From positions 1 to 30,101 of IMG/VR virus record IMGVR_UViG_3300027756_000034: a stretch of 30,101 nt of DNA; one strand, given 5' to 3'. The notes below the pieces were generated by a model that saw only the letters and a list, made by a program, of their open reading frames with translations, was not told the origin of the DNA and made no database searches. How positions within the stretch are numbered: the stretch's first letter is position 1; each line of letters starts with the position of its first letter. Source of the DNA: a virus (Duplodnaviria > Caudoviricetes). Shown piece by piece: positions 7,701 through 18,100 of this stretch. Both the position numbers and the translations under genes were made by a program.

Positions 7701-9928
7701 AACGTTTAGCTATAGAAACCGCACAACAAGAGCTAACTGATCTAAGAGAAAAGCTAAGTCTGGAAAAAGAAATTAGTCTAGAAAAACTAGGTCAATATGC
7801 TGCTGCACTCAATAATGCACCTCCTGCTACAGCTATGGTACTTAAACCAGGAGCTGTCATACCTAATCCTATACCAACTGCCTCTGAACAATTAGCTAAG
7901 GATATTGCTAGAAAGACTTTGGAAATAAAAGCATCATCTGACGCTTTAAGAACCGCGAATCTACAATCTCAAGCATTAGGATATGAAATTGCAGCAGCAA
8001 CTGAAGCTAATTTAACTGCAAAACAGAAAGCAGCCAAGGAAGCTGTTGCTGCACAGGAAGCTGTAAATAGAAGTTCTGCTAGAGAGATAGAGATACTAAA
8101 GGCGAAACAAGAAGTTGAATTAGCTAATATTAAGCTTAATGATATTTTAAGTAGAAATAATACTTCTATACCAAATAATCGTAGTGCAGAAGTTGATTCT
8201 ATACTAAGTCAAGCAGCATCTGCGAAACTAGAGCTGGACAAAACATTTAAATCGACTACCGATAAATTAATTGTTGATATAGCTCAAGCTAATTCTATGC
8301 TAGCAACAGCTGATCCTAAGAAGAAAAAAGGTATTCAAGAAAGTATTGATAACATGGAAGCGGAAAAGAAAAAAACCACCGAAATCAATACCGAAAGAGT
8401 CAAGCTTTTAGAAATTAATACTACTATTCAACTACTAGAAAAAGCAGGACTTGCGGATTTAAATGCTGAACTTAATTTAAGACAACAAATTGTACAAAGT
8501 CAGTTAAAGAATTTAGAAACACAACAAGCACTTCAAAAAATACAGTTTGATATTAGCAATATGCCTCAGGCAACTATAGCTTCTGCTCTGGGTGTTAATT
8601 TACCAAATCAGGAAATACGTGCATCTGAATTTGCCTTAAAACAAGCAAAAGAATCCGCTGGAATTCGTAAACAGACTATAGAGTTAGAATATCAATTATT
8701 ACAAGCTCAAGCCGCCCAACAGGCTAGAAATATGAGAGCTGCTGGGGAAGCTCTCATAAAGGAAAATAAGAGCCCCGAGTCCGTAGCTGAAGGACAGAGA
8801 GCCGTTAGTTTAGCTGGTCAAATTGAAGCAAATATACCTGCTTTAGGTGCTGCATCAAAAGCCGCATCTGATGCTGTAGATAAAAACATACAACTGCAAG
8901 GACTAGAAGTAGCTAAGGCTAAAATTTCGCAATTCTCTACTGTTTTACTAGAAAACTTTAAGAAATTGGGTCCTAATGGAGAGGCTGCAGCAGCTATATT
9001 CAGTGGTATGTCTCAAATTTCTTTCGCTGCAGTGGACGCTTTCAAGACTATAGGAGACGCTAGTGCGACTACTACAGACAAAGTGGCCGCCGTTGCAGGA
9101 GCACTATCACAAACTTTAAGTTCAGTAATGTCTATTTTATCCTCTATTAGTAATGCTAGAATTGCTGCCGTAGATAAGGAAATAGCTGCGGAACAGAAAA
9201 GAGATGGTAAGTCTGCTGAGAGTGTAGCAAAAGTAGACGCATTGAATAAGAAAAAAGATAGTATAGCTCGTAAGTCATTTAACATACAGAAGAAGCTTAT
9301 GATGGCTCAAGCAGTAGTTAGTACTGCGGCAGCTATTGCGATGGCACTCGGACAACTAGGACCAATAGCTGGTCCTATTGTTGCAGGTGTTATGGGGGCT
9401 ATGGGCGCTGCTCAGATTGCTATTATCGCGGGAACCCAGTATGAAAGTGCTAATAGTGCTGGAAAAGTGCAGCCACCCTCAACCCTCTCAATAGGCAAGC
9501 GTAGCGATACGGTCGACCTAGCAAGAGGCCCAAGTGCTAATGCTGGTGGAGAAGTTGGATTCCTAAGAGGCTCACAAGGTATGGGCACAAATGCCTCAAA
9601 CTTCCGCACTATCGGCTCTGCCTACGGTGGGGAACTAATGAGAGGTTATGGCAATCGTGGCTTCGTAGTTGGAGAAAAGGGACCTGAAGTAATCACTCCC
9701 GAAACTCCAATCAACGTAACTCCAGCCAATGATGTAATGGGATCCGCTCCTGTTAATGCTACTATCAACATCCAAGCCCTAGATGCTTCTGGCGTAGAGA
9801 ATATTCTAGTGTCCCAGAAGGGAAACATCATTAAGATGCTTAGACAAGCTGCTAATGCCTCAGGACAGGGCTTCCTTGAAGATGTTAACGTGAATGTTTA
9901 TACACGTCCTAATGTAAACAGATTGTAA
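4763..9928 (+). CDS. Tape measure protein (T5 pb2-like), 1721 aa
   Basis: Ala/Gln/Lys-rich coiled-coil composition; YATLAAN.FAVSAAF..L and RL.KGT.KLEPELLDELGI motifs; hydrophobic segments; C-terminal VGEKGPEVITP. Confidence 0.93.
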   Translation: MAGNSVEFRVVVNADGLVTGLKQVTNFGNETQKTGKKAKVAGDQVDHLNYTMNQGVTGASSAARSFSKLNQTIGQGGGGLVGAYATLAANTFAVSAAFNALRSAQQSEMVLKGLEAQGARTGRALVVVADNLRDVVGFGISAQESMQATALFTSAGFSGEQLSRLGAVAQNTSLALGRNLPDSLDRLIKGTTKLEPELLDELGIMTKLGEATATYALKTGKSAASLSAFERRQAFLNAVLAEGELKFGGLNQKIEVNPYDKLAASFDNLTKNTLNFLNNSLGVGSFVGFLSTSVSGLIGVILLFASTIQKSLLGSLSDLSKKSLEAAQAAREQSAQIKLQAEEKLKLARSNVSFELTEKRNIELHKQSTKAVKEAAEAMKTGTLSQEEFGRVLQANDKSLATHIRLRDKEAAAGKDTSGRQALIDNIEAQGIAIAGLAEAERQNAERTIPLETDAIKERERERSKSMLARAQETAATAIQEASERKYISAIKSGITATKEYHASLVILSNQKQVDAGKTGLAAIATAAFASVSNTAKTAVFGLNIALRGLVAGLLAVINVVGIAFLVFGALKATFDFIYSKLYPNSVKATEQLNKATEDYSTVLENQSKAHEENNRIMNSSASIGDRVLLSFTNQANSAIELSKSLNTLIVAREEVRKAELLDANSTGGTSLKSEGSKQFGIQASSAAFEILPSVIQDATTGLEQFFDPSDNQKQLIKTIDDLGKSMGNQGLQAAIIGTTGSLENFRNLSEDKQYSVLGTIAESNAKSATNLLSAVEDLTSAYAQGSTEGAKFFNSAIPNTPFDGIVKSFEKINSSLATFASEGKNAREQLAALSKIPPELTDFLKPKDVAVLNSFREAELIITDLQPKISKLNGAEKDAAVIKLNNAKAVLQNSEQNLETLTKALQTAEAENQQRQASIALSKAQAGLEQARLSKYSSFLNAGAAGMKAQLDSQEKINKLNVAGLSVQKSIIDGMITQKRLAIETAQQELTDLREKLSLEKEISLEKLGQYAAALNNAPPATAMVLKPGAVIPNPIPTASEQLAKDIARKTLEIKASSDALRTANLQSQALGYEIAAATEANLTAKQKAAKEAVAAQEAVNRSSAREIEILKAKQEVELANIKLNDILSRNNTSIPNNRSAEVDSILSQAASAKLELDKTFKSTTDKLIVDIAQANSMLATADPKKKKGIQESIDNMEAEKKKTTEINTERVKLLEINTTIQLLEKAGLADLNAELNLRQQIVQSQLKNLETQQALQKIQFDISNMPQATIASALGVNLPNQEIRASEFALKQAKESAGIRKQTIELEYQLLQAQAAQQARNMRAAGEALIKENKSPESVAEGQRAVSLAGQIEANIPALGAASKAASDAVDKNIQLQGLEVAKAKISQFSTVLLENFKKLGPNGEAAAAIFSGMSQISFAAVDAFKTIGDASATTTDKVAAVAGALSQTLSSVMSILSSISNARIAAVDKEIAAEQKRDGKSAESVAKVDALNKKKDSIARKSFNIQKKLMMAQAVVSTAAAIAMALGQLGPIAGPIVAGVMGAMGAAQIAIIAGTQYESANSAGKVQPPSTLSIGKRSDTVDLARGPSANAGGEVGFLRGSQGMGTNASNFRTIGSAYGGELMRGYGNRGFVVGEKGPEVITPETPINVTPANDVMGSAPVNATINIQALDASGVENILVSQKGNIIKMLRQAANASGQGFLEDVNVNVYTRPNVNRL

Positions 9929-9934
9929 AAGAAG

Positions 9935-9959
9935 TGCTGCCGGCTAGCTGCCGGCAGCA
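9935..9959. other. GC-rich hairpin between the tape measure and Dit genes
   Basis: TGCTGCCGGC-tagct-GCCGGCAGCA, 2 nt upstream of the GGAG SD of Dit; no U-tract on +, CTTCTTTT follows it on the - strand. Confidence 0.6.
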
Positions 9960-9973
9960 TCGGAGACAAATGA

Positions 9974-10714
9974 ATGCCTGTATTTACTAACTTTTCTGAC
10001 ATATTGCCAGATCCTAATAATAAAATTGATGCTGCTGGTGTCTCTAGTGCTACTGGATCGGCAGGGCCTGGTTTTGCCAGTGTCAAGTTTAGATCGAGCA
10101 GGCAAGTACAAATGTCCCGTACGATTTCAGGGAGAGGCGTAACAGCCTCTCCCGGTTATCATACCTGGGAATTTGATATTAATTATAATCCTTTAACTCG
10201 CACAGAGTTCGAACCAGTCTCTACATTTCTAGAGTCTAGAGAAGGAAGGCTAAGACCGTTCTTCGTTATTCTGCCTCAGCATAGAGTGCCCCAGAATTCA
10301 TTATTCGCTACTTACGCAGCCGCTAATTCTATTACGGCAGCAGAAGCCACTTCAGCGGGATCAACTACCCTGCTGATTTCTGGTTCAAGTATGTTAGTAG
10401 GTACTGCTGGAAGTCCTAGTCCTGGAGACTTTATAAACATAGTAGATTCAGCTAACACTAATCATGTAAAGTCTTACAAGATTACAAGAGTTGAAACAAA
10501 CAGTGACTATAGAAGCGGAACTACACCGCCTACAACCTCACAGAGAAGAATCCACGTGATGCCTCCTCTGGCTAGGTCGGTTTCATCAGGTTCAGTAATC
10601 AGATTTATAGATCCTAGATTTAGAGTTATTCAAAAAGGAGATACCTTGGAATACGATTTAAACACTGATAATCTTTATCAGTTTAGCGTTTCAGTAGAGG
10701 AATTATTACCATGA
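9974..10714 (+). CDS. Distal tail protein (T5 pb9-like)
   Basis: LPDP...GPGFASVKF, W.F.I.YNPLTR.EF and PGDF motifs; C-terminal VEELL; position after the tape measure. Confidence 0.88.
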   Translation: MPVFTNFSDILPDPNNKIDAAGVSSATGSAGPGFASVKFRSSRQVQMSRTISGRGVTASPGYHTWEFDINYNPLTRTEFEPVSTFLESREGRLRPFFVILPQHRVPQNSLFATYAAANSITAAEATSAGSTTLLISGSSMLVGTAGSPSPGDFINIVDSANTNHVKSYKITRVETNSDYRSGTTPPTTSQRRIHVMPPLARSVSSGSVIRFIDPRFRVIQKGDTLEYDLNTDNLYQFSVSVEELLP

Positions 10715-13700
10715 TAGAAGAAAGATTAGTTAACATAAATCTTAAGAATGCACTGGTCAATAATGCGCCTATTAAGTATGCACATCTAATTAAGTTCGAA
10801 AGACCTTCGAAGCCAGACAGTATTACGGGTCTGGTATCTACTTCAAAAGAACGCTATACTTATCTAACTGATGCTAGTATTGACGTATCTTTCGATGATG
10901 GTAGCACAAGCTTATCCGGAGTAGCAAATGGTACACAGACATACTTAGCTAATAAGATTCTAGATGTTGGAAGCGTACAGGAGCAAACTAAGGCAACAGC
11001 TAGCCAAACAACTGTCGTTGTTGATGGTAACGCGCTTGGTGGAAAGCTAACTTCATCGGTTACAATTTCAGTAGTATCCACAGGAGTCTGGGACATTGCG
11101 TTTCAGGCTCCTGTAACTCTTGATGACGTTCTTGAGGAAGGCTTCCGCGAAGGTGACAAAGTCTCCCTACTTATTTCAGGTACTAGCTATCCAGTAAATA
11201 TCACCGCATTTAGAAGCAACAACACTCTTAGAGTTTCAAAGATTGACGATAATTTACCAACTGGAACAGTAACGGCAGTTTTGTCTCTGTCAAGTGAAGA
11301 AGTCATTAGTATTCTTCTTAACAAGAATGATACTAATTACGCATCGTTTATCAATCGCGAAGTCTTTATCTACAGAGCATACTTTGATGCTGATACAAAC
11401 CAGATTCTTGGCACTCCTATTAACCTATTCAAGGGTATCATTCAGAATGTAAGCTTCGAGGATACTGAACAGGCTATTAAAGTATCCTGGGGTCTCACTA
11501 GTCACTGGGGCGATTTCTCTCAGGTTCGTGGTCGAGTAACATCAGATGACTCCCACAGAGCACTAGATGAGAATGGTGTGCCTCAGCCCTTCTCCACGCT
11601 GAAGCCTATTTATGCGTATGACAAAGGCTTTATGCACGCAGAAACCTCGCTTAATCTTTTAGCGAAGTATTCCGTTAGCTATGAAGCTATTGATGACATT
11701 AAGTCAAAGAAGGGCTTTCTAGGTATTGGAGCTAAAACTAAGATTACAAAGAAAACAGTCACAGAAGACCGGTTTACAGATCTTGATTTTCAGTTAGCCG
11801 CAAAGAGTATTCCGATTATTTATGGAGTAAGAGTCACAGAAGGTATTGGAGTATTTGCCGATACACTCAATACTGATAGCTCCACTGTGTATGCCATTTC
11901 GGCTATCTCAGAAGGTGAAATCGGAGGACTCTACGATATTTATGTAGATGGGCAAAGCCTTATCTGCACAGACAAAGCAGACTTTGATGCTAGATCGGAT
12001 GAAGTCGCTAGAACGCCAGATGCCTCAGAAGCAATCGAAATCTTCTGCAGAGGTCGCTCAGATCGCGGGGATGTTTTAGGTGGATCTAGTGGATTACGTT
12101 ATGATCTAGCAAGTATAAACATGTTTGCTGCTGGACTAGAGTTTGACTCTCTATTTGTCAGAGAAAACTATATTTCAGAAGGTAGGTATATTCAATACGA
12201 TATTCCAGCCGAGCTACCTGCAGCTCAGCAGTATACACCTGGTACCGGAATTATTGACGGACAAAGTTTAACGCTATCTTCTCCATTACAATTTACTCTT
12301 GACTTCTTCTCTGGTAAGCCAGGACAAAAAGCAGCGTCGCAACTTGTAGACATTGCTAAAAATAAGCAATTCAAAGTGCAGAATGATTACTGGACTGGAT
12401 CTGATACAACCGAGTATTGGGGACCTAACCATAGACTTCTAGATACTGCATATGTAGTTGGTAAATTCAAGATTGCAGAGGGAGATACCTCACTACCAGA
12501 ACTTAAGATGGTAGTAAGAGGCAAAGTCATTGATTGCTATAATTACGATGGAAGCTACCTAAAGGATCGCAAAACAACTGGACAGGATGCTGCCAATTTC
12601 CCTCTAGGTTCTACAGTATCACTTTATAGATCTGATACCGACGCGCTCATAAACTCCAACGTGCAGATTATAGATAAGTGGACATTCTTCAATCCAGATG
12701 GCACTTCAAACACTAGATTCCGTTTTAGTGTTACTCCAACACTGGGCTATGTAAATGGTGTACCAACCATTACAAAGTTTTATATGCAGAATGGAGCCAG
12801 CCAACGCTGGACTATGGTTACGTATAATCATAAAGAGTTTACGGGAACTATAGCAAATAATATCTCAGCAGGTACATTAGCTACAACAACAGTAGGGTCA
12901 AATCTCGGATTTAGCTTTGCTTCTAATACGGATATGACCGTAGAAGGTGATCCTGCTCACAACAGTCCTATCTTTAGAGTTGTTGATGCTAACTTGGACA
13001 ATCTAACCGACAGTTCCTTACTTGCTCAGAGTGCGTTCTCTGGAACAGTTACCTCAACAACGTTAACTACACTATATCCCGCTTCTGTTTATACGGGACA
13101 AACACCACCTGTTGGAGCTTTACTAGCTTCCACCAATACTATTAGGCTACCAGCAGCAGCTTCATCTTCAAATGACACTTATGTAGGTGACACTATTGAA
13201 GTAGTAAGGATTATCTCAAGCACTGGAAGAAGCTTTGTTCAAACAGCGGAAATTATTGCGTATCAGGGCAGCACTAGAATTGCAACTATTGATACACTAT
13301 GGACTTTCATTCCTAAAGCTAGCGACACTGTAACTATCTCTCCACGTTATGCGGATAAGAGAGTAAGCATAAATCCAGCTATTCAAACTACCGACTATCT
13401 CACTTCTAAGACTTACGGAAGAGGGCTAGATATCGGTAAGGACGTGAATTTACCTGCTGTAATTTCTACAGCGCAGAAGTGCGATACAAGATCTACTGTT
13501 TCTGTAGGAACCAGTACTACTGGAGCTATTGTGGGTGACGTATATCGTTATCCTGCTGCTGGTAATATTCTATGGCAAGGTAAGGTCGCTCTAGCACCTA
13601 ATACTGCTGGTAAGTTTGCTACTAGAGTAGTTACATTTACTGATGTTATTGGTAAACTAACAAACCTTTGGAACTCATGGAAGAACTGGGATGCGGGTAC

Positions 13701-15186
13701 AATTCTATATTATGATGGTAGAGTATATACTGTTGATACGGCTGGCATTAAAACTGTAGAGCCAACTCATACTTCTGGAAGCGTTAATGGGCTAACTTAT
13801 GTTTCTTCAGTAGCACTTACAAGAGCTTCAGGAACTGGACCCGCTACTTTAACTCTACCGACAACTGCGGGTAATCCAGTATTCGACGAGAGAGATGGAC
13901 GCAAGATTTCAGGATATTCTATTTACGACTCCGATGATATTAACTACTGGAAGCTATGCGGTTGGGACGGACATGAGCAACGTTATGTAACCAAATACCA
14001 AACAAACCTTCAGATTGATACTAGCGTTCCATTGTTTGACAATACAAATGGATTACTAGAGCACTATAATGGGATTCTTCGCTATACCTCTGGACAGTAC
14101 TTTCTGAATATCGAGGAACCAGTAGCAGTCACCTCGGGTAGCTCTTCTACAGATACTATCAGAATTGTAACTTCGGATGATATTATTGGTAAAATTCAGC
14201 TCTCAGATGAAGGCGTAAGAAGCGCTTTCAACTCTGTAACAGCCGCGTTTGCCGATCCTGCGAATAAGTTCGAGGCTCGTAACGTAAGTTTCTTTAATTC
14301 CGAATATTTACGTATTGATCGTAACGTTCCTAAAAAGGGAAACCTAAGTGTTCCTGGAAGTACAAATTATTATAATACTAGAATTCTAGCCGATGGACTT
14401 CTCAATAAGAGTAGATTTGGTCTAACGATCAGTTTCACGATGAGATACCACGGTATTCTACTATTAGCTGGATCAATTATTCAGGTGGTTTATCCAAGAT
14501 ACGGAAGTAGCTGGGATGCTCCTGGAAAGCGTTTTAGAATCGAGAGCCTAACATATCAGGCTGATGGTTTGGTTGACGTGGTTGCCAAGGAGTATGATGA
14601 TAGTTTCTATGGGGCTAGCAATCTATCAGGTGGTAGTTCTAGTGCTAATATAACTGCGGGATCTTCTCCAGTAACAAGCGTTCCAGGAAGTCCAACAGGT
14701 CTTGTAGTAACAAGTGCGGATACCTCAGATGAGTTATATAACGGAGTAGAGCTATTCTGGACAAATGATACCGCAGCACTAAATAGTGCGGCTACTGTAG
14801 TTACCGAGATCTATGCAGGACTAAGTAGCAAGTTATTTACTACTGTTACTATTATAGCAGGAGATACCCTGACCTCAAGTACTACTCATGAACTAGTAGT
14901 GGGTATGCCAGTATACCCTGAAACTAGTGCTAATGGTATTGACGGTACCGAGGTTTATTATGTAGTGGCTACTCCAACAACAACTACTTTTAAACTATCT
15001 TCGACTAAGGGAGGAGCAGCCATCACATTTACAGCAGGTACAGCACTTTCTATAAGAATTCGTACTGCTACATTGTTAGCAACAACCCCAGTTCCAGCTA
15101 GATCATATGTCGATAATCTAGCGAACGTAGAAACCGGTAGAGTTGAAAAATACTACTGGATTAGATATAAGGTATTAAGATCATGA
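10711..15186 (+). CDS. Baseplate hub / tail tip protein (T5 pb3-like), enlarged by inserted domains
   Basis: HL.KFE, YLTD, INREV.IY, GR.TSD..HR, YDKGFMHAE, IP.IYGV, SEGEI, NPA....DYL....YG.G motifs and an FN3-like C-terminus; ATGA overlap with Dit. Confidence 0.88.
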   Translation: MIEERLVNINLKNALVNNAPIKYAHLIKFERPSKPDSITGLVSTSKERYTYLTDASIDVSFDDGSTSLSGVANGTQTYLANKILDVGSVQEQTKATASQTTVVVDGNALGGKLTSSVTISVVSTGVWDIAFQAPVTLDDVLEEGFREGDKVSLLISGTSYPVNITAFRSNNTLRVSKIDDNLPTGTVTAVLSLSSEEVISILLNKNDTNYASFINREVFIYRAYFDADTNQILGTPINLFKGIIQNVSFEDTEQAIKVSWGLTSHWGDFSQVRGRVTSDDSHRALDENGVPQPFSTLKPIYAYDKGFMHAETSLNLLAKYSVSYEAIDDIKSKKGFLGIGAKTKITKKTVTEDRFTDLDFQLAAKSIPIIYGVRVTEGIGVFADTLNTDSSTVYAISAISEGEIGGLYDIYVDGQSLICTDKADFDARSDEVARTPDASEAIEIFCRGRSDRGDVLGGSSGLRYDLASINMFAAGLEFDSLFVRENYISEGRYIQYDIPAELPAAQQYTPGTGIIDGQSLTLSSPLQFTLDFFSGKPGQKAASQLVDIAKNKQFKVQNDYWTGSDTTEYWGPNHRLLDTAYVVGKFKIAEGDTSLPELKMVVRGKVIDCYNYDGSYLKDRKTTGQDAANFPLGSTVSLYRSDTDALINSNVQIIDKWTFFNPDGTSNTRFRFSVTPTLGYVNGVPTITKFYMQNGASQRWTMVTYNHKEFTGTIANNISAGTLATTTVGSNLGFSFASNTDMTVEGDPAHNSPIFRVVDANLDNLTDSSLLAQSAFSGTVTSTTLTTLYPASVYTGQTPPVGALLASTNTIRLPAAASSSNDTYVGDTIEVVRIISSTGRSFVQTAEIIAYQGSTRIATIDTLWTFIPKASDTVTISPRYADKRVSINPAIQTTDYLTSKTYGRGLDIGKDVNLPAVISTAQKCDTRSTVSVGTSTTGAIVGDVYRYPAAGNILWQGKVALAPNTAGKFATRVVTFTDVIGKLTNLWNSWKNWDAGTILYYDGRVYTVDTAGIKTVEPTHTSGSVNGLTYVSSVALTRASGTGPATLTLPTTAGNPVFDERDGRKISGYSIYDSDDINYWKLCGWDGHEQRYVTKYQTNLQIDTSVPLFDNTNGLLEHYNGILRYTSGQYFLNIEEPVAVTSGSSSTDTIRIVTSDDIIGKIQLSDEGVRSAFNSVTAAFADPANKFEARNVSFFNSEYLRIDRNVPKKGNLSVPGSTNYYNTRILADGLLNKSRFGLTISFTMRYHGILLLAGSIIQVVYPRYGSSWDAPGKRFRIESLTYQADGLVDVVAKEYDDSFYGASNLSGGSSSANITAGSSPVTSVPGSPTGLVVTSADTSDELYNGVELFWTNDTAALNSAATVVTEIYAGLSSKLFTTVTIIAGDTLTSSTTHELVVGMPVYPETSANGIDGTEVYYVVATPTTTTFKLSSTKGGAAITFTAGTALSIRIRTATLLATTPVPARSYVDNLANVETGRVEKYYWIRYKVLRS

Positions 15187-18100
15187 CGTCAGTTTATTAT
15201 TCATCTTTCGAACCTTCGGAGGACTCTGGGGCAAAAGGAACAGCTGCTTTCGCTAGCGTAACTGCTGCTAGCCTCACAGTTCCATCTTCAGTAGTTCCCA
15301 CTTTAGCGGACGGCACCGGAGGAGTTTATAGCTCCTCCGGTGGCTTTATGGTCGTTAAAAGAAGTGATGAGGTACTAGCTGCTACATACTCCGTAGTATC
15401 TAGAACTCCTAGTAGTCCTACATGGATTAGCATAAATGCGTCTACGGGGGCATATACTGTAACTGATCCTTTGACTGATTCTGCGTCAGCTGTACTAAGA
15501 GCCACAGTAGACGGAACTAACTATGATCTTACATATACTTTGGCAAAAGTTAAGAAGGGAGTTGATGGTGCTGTTGGAAGCAGTAATGCTATAGTATACC
15601 TATACCAAAGAGCTGCTACACAGCCTGCAGCACCTTCAGGTACTTTTACCTATACATTTGCTACAGGCGTTCTTAGCGGTGGCACTCCAGGTAGCTGGAC
15701 TCAGGCTATTCCAGCTAATAATGGGCAGCCTTTATGGGTGATTGCAGCTACAGCGAGCGCTACTACAGCTACAGATACTATTGCTGCTAATGAGTTTTCA
15801 AGTCCAGTGGTTCTAGCTCAAGACGGAACTAATGGAACTAACGGACTTAACTCAGCTACAGTATTTCTGTACCAAAGAGCTGCTACAGCACCTGCAGTTC
15901 CTAACGCGAATACAACTTATACATTTGCTACAGGCCTACTATCAGGAGCAGCAATAGGTAGCTGGACTCAGACAGTCCCAGCAGGAACTGATCCGCTATA
16001 TGTAACTACAGCTACAGCTGTAGCGACTACAGCTACTGATACTATTGCTAATACAGAATGGGCTACAGTAAGAGTACTAGCTCAGAATGGAAGCAATGGA
16101 AGCCCAGGTACTGCGGCAGTTAGTGGATACTTAACTAGTGAATCCGTTTCAGTATTTGCATACGCGAATGGTGTAGTTACTTCTTATGCTCCAGCCACAG
16201 GATCATTCGTAATTTTAAGTGGCACTACAGATATTAGTACAAACTTTACTTTATCTACAGTCACGAATCCGCAAACTTTAACAGTAACTTATACAAATAG
16301 AGTTTATACTGTCTCTGCAGGGTTTGATGCTAATGAGGACACTGCAAGTCTTACTATCAGAGCAACTGGATCTGGAGCTTGGGCTGGTATAACTGTAGAC
16401 AAAGTATTCTCTCTTGCAAAAACAAAGGGAGGATATGAAATCGTATCAAGCCTTCCAGGCTCCGGAGACCCTAGACGCTTTGAAGGGTCTATAGTATTTT
16501 TGACCACAGACGACAAGCTATATCGTTTTGAGGGAACTAACTGGACTGCGGCAGTACCTGCTGTTGATATTACAGGTCAGATACTAAACGCTCAGATAGC
16601 TGATAATGCTATTACAGAGGGTAAGGTAGTTAATAGTGCCATAATTTCGGCTAAGTTAGCCGACTCTGCGGTTACATCTGGTAAATTAGCTGACTTAGCT
16701 GTTACTTCGGGTAAGATAGGAGCTGGAGCAGTAAGTAGTGCTAAATTGGCTATCGGTGTAGGTGGGAACATGCTTATAGGGGCAGTTCCCAGTACCAACC
16801 CCAATAAATGGAACATCGCAGGGTATAACCCAGATTCAGTAACATACAGAAATAATGGTTTTGGTATATTTCTAAGTTATACATATGGTGGAGCCGCAGG
16901 TAATGAGTGGACTTTATCTGATAACTCTACTTTTGCTATATATCAGGATAATGCATTTAGTGGTGGTGCAGGATTAGCAGATTTCTATCCTTCTACCCTA
17001 AGTTCAGTATCAGGATCAGTCAATTATTATTTTCCAGTAGTTGTGAACAAGACCTATGAATTTTCTGTGTTTACGGGAGCTCACAGATGCAAATTTGGTC
17101 TGTTTATGGGTTGGGTGAACTCTAGCGGTAATTTTATTTCATTTACTACTGAGGATGTAAATGACGAAGCTCAACTTGGAGGCACCACTCTATCTGGGTA
17201 CAAACGATTAATAAGTAGGGGTACTGCTCCAGCAGGTGCCGTTAGTGTACAATTGATCTATAGAAAATACCATACTAAACCTGGTCAATCAGACAGTTGG
17301 GTTTTCTTGAATCGTCCAATGTTCGGAGAAACAGTTGCTAATGCAACGGAGGCTCTTCCATACTCGCTACCAAGTCCTGGAATAATCCACGCCGAGCAGC
17401 TAATTAATAGTAGTATTGCTAGTGGTCAAATCGCAGCCAATGCTATCATCTCAGACAAGATTGCAGCTAATGCTATTGTATCTGATAAGATCGCAGCTAA
17501 TGCTGTTACAGCAGGAAAAATTGCTGCTGATTCTATTACGGCTAATGAAATTGCTGCTAATGCTATTACTGCAAATGAAATCGCAACTAATGCTATCACA
17601 GCAGGCAAGATTGAAGCCAATGCAGTTACTGCCGATAAAGTGGCAGCTAATGCTATCACAGCAGCTAAAATTAGTGCAGGAGCTATTACAGCCACAAAGC
17701 TTACATTAACAAATGGAAGCGCAGTTGATCCAGATCCTAATTTCTTTGATCCTTTTTGGTGGGGTTGGGGAGATGACGCTCAGTTTGTAGAAACTACTGC
17801 TTCTAACTCTTCGCAGCCGTATCGCTATACTTTTGTTGGAAATGGTGGTGGTGTCAGAGACTATTCTAGCGAGAATGTTCCCGTGGAGAAGGGTGCTTGG
17901 TTTAGAACTCGTCTAAGAATATATATAAGTCCTGATGCAGCCGGGTGGATTGCCCCTACATGGCATTGGCCTGGACAGTTCTACAATACTCCTGCCCCAT
18001 ACACTACAAGAGCAGACGTAGATAATAATGCATTCCCTGTTATTGACATGGCCAATACTGTTATTCCAAAAGGACAATGGGTTACCTATGTAAATACTAG

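Noticed and set aside
1641-11096. Short minus-strand ORFs antisense to tail genes (e.g. 1641-1937, 2136-2528, 4015-4347, 4972-5199, 9013-9285)
   Set aside because: Shadow ORFs arising from codon bias of the sense genes; no recognisable motifs.
15576-16110. Duplicated module considered as a DGR TR/VR pair
   Set aside because: Both copies lie within one ORF, differ at all base types and include an indel; no RT in the window.
17380-17705. 30-bp periodic repeats considered as a CRISPR array or DGR template
   Set aside because: They are degenerate in-frame coding repeats without spacers; no cas or reverse transcriptase gene; differences are not adenine-specific.
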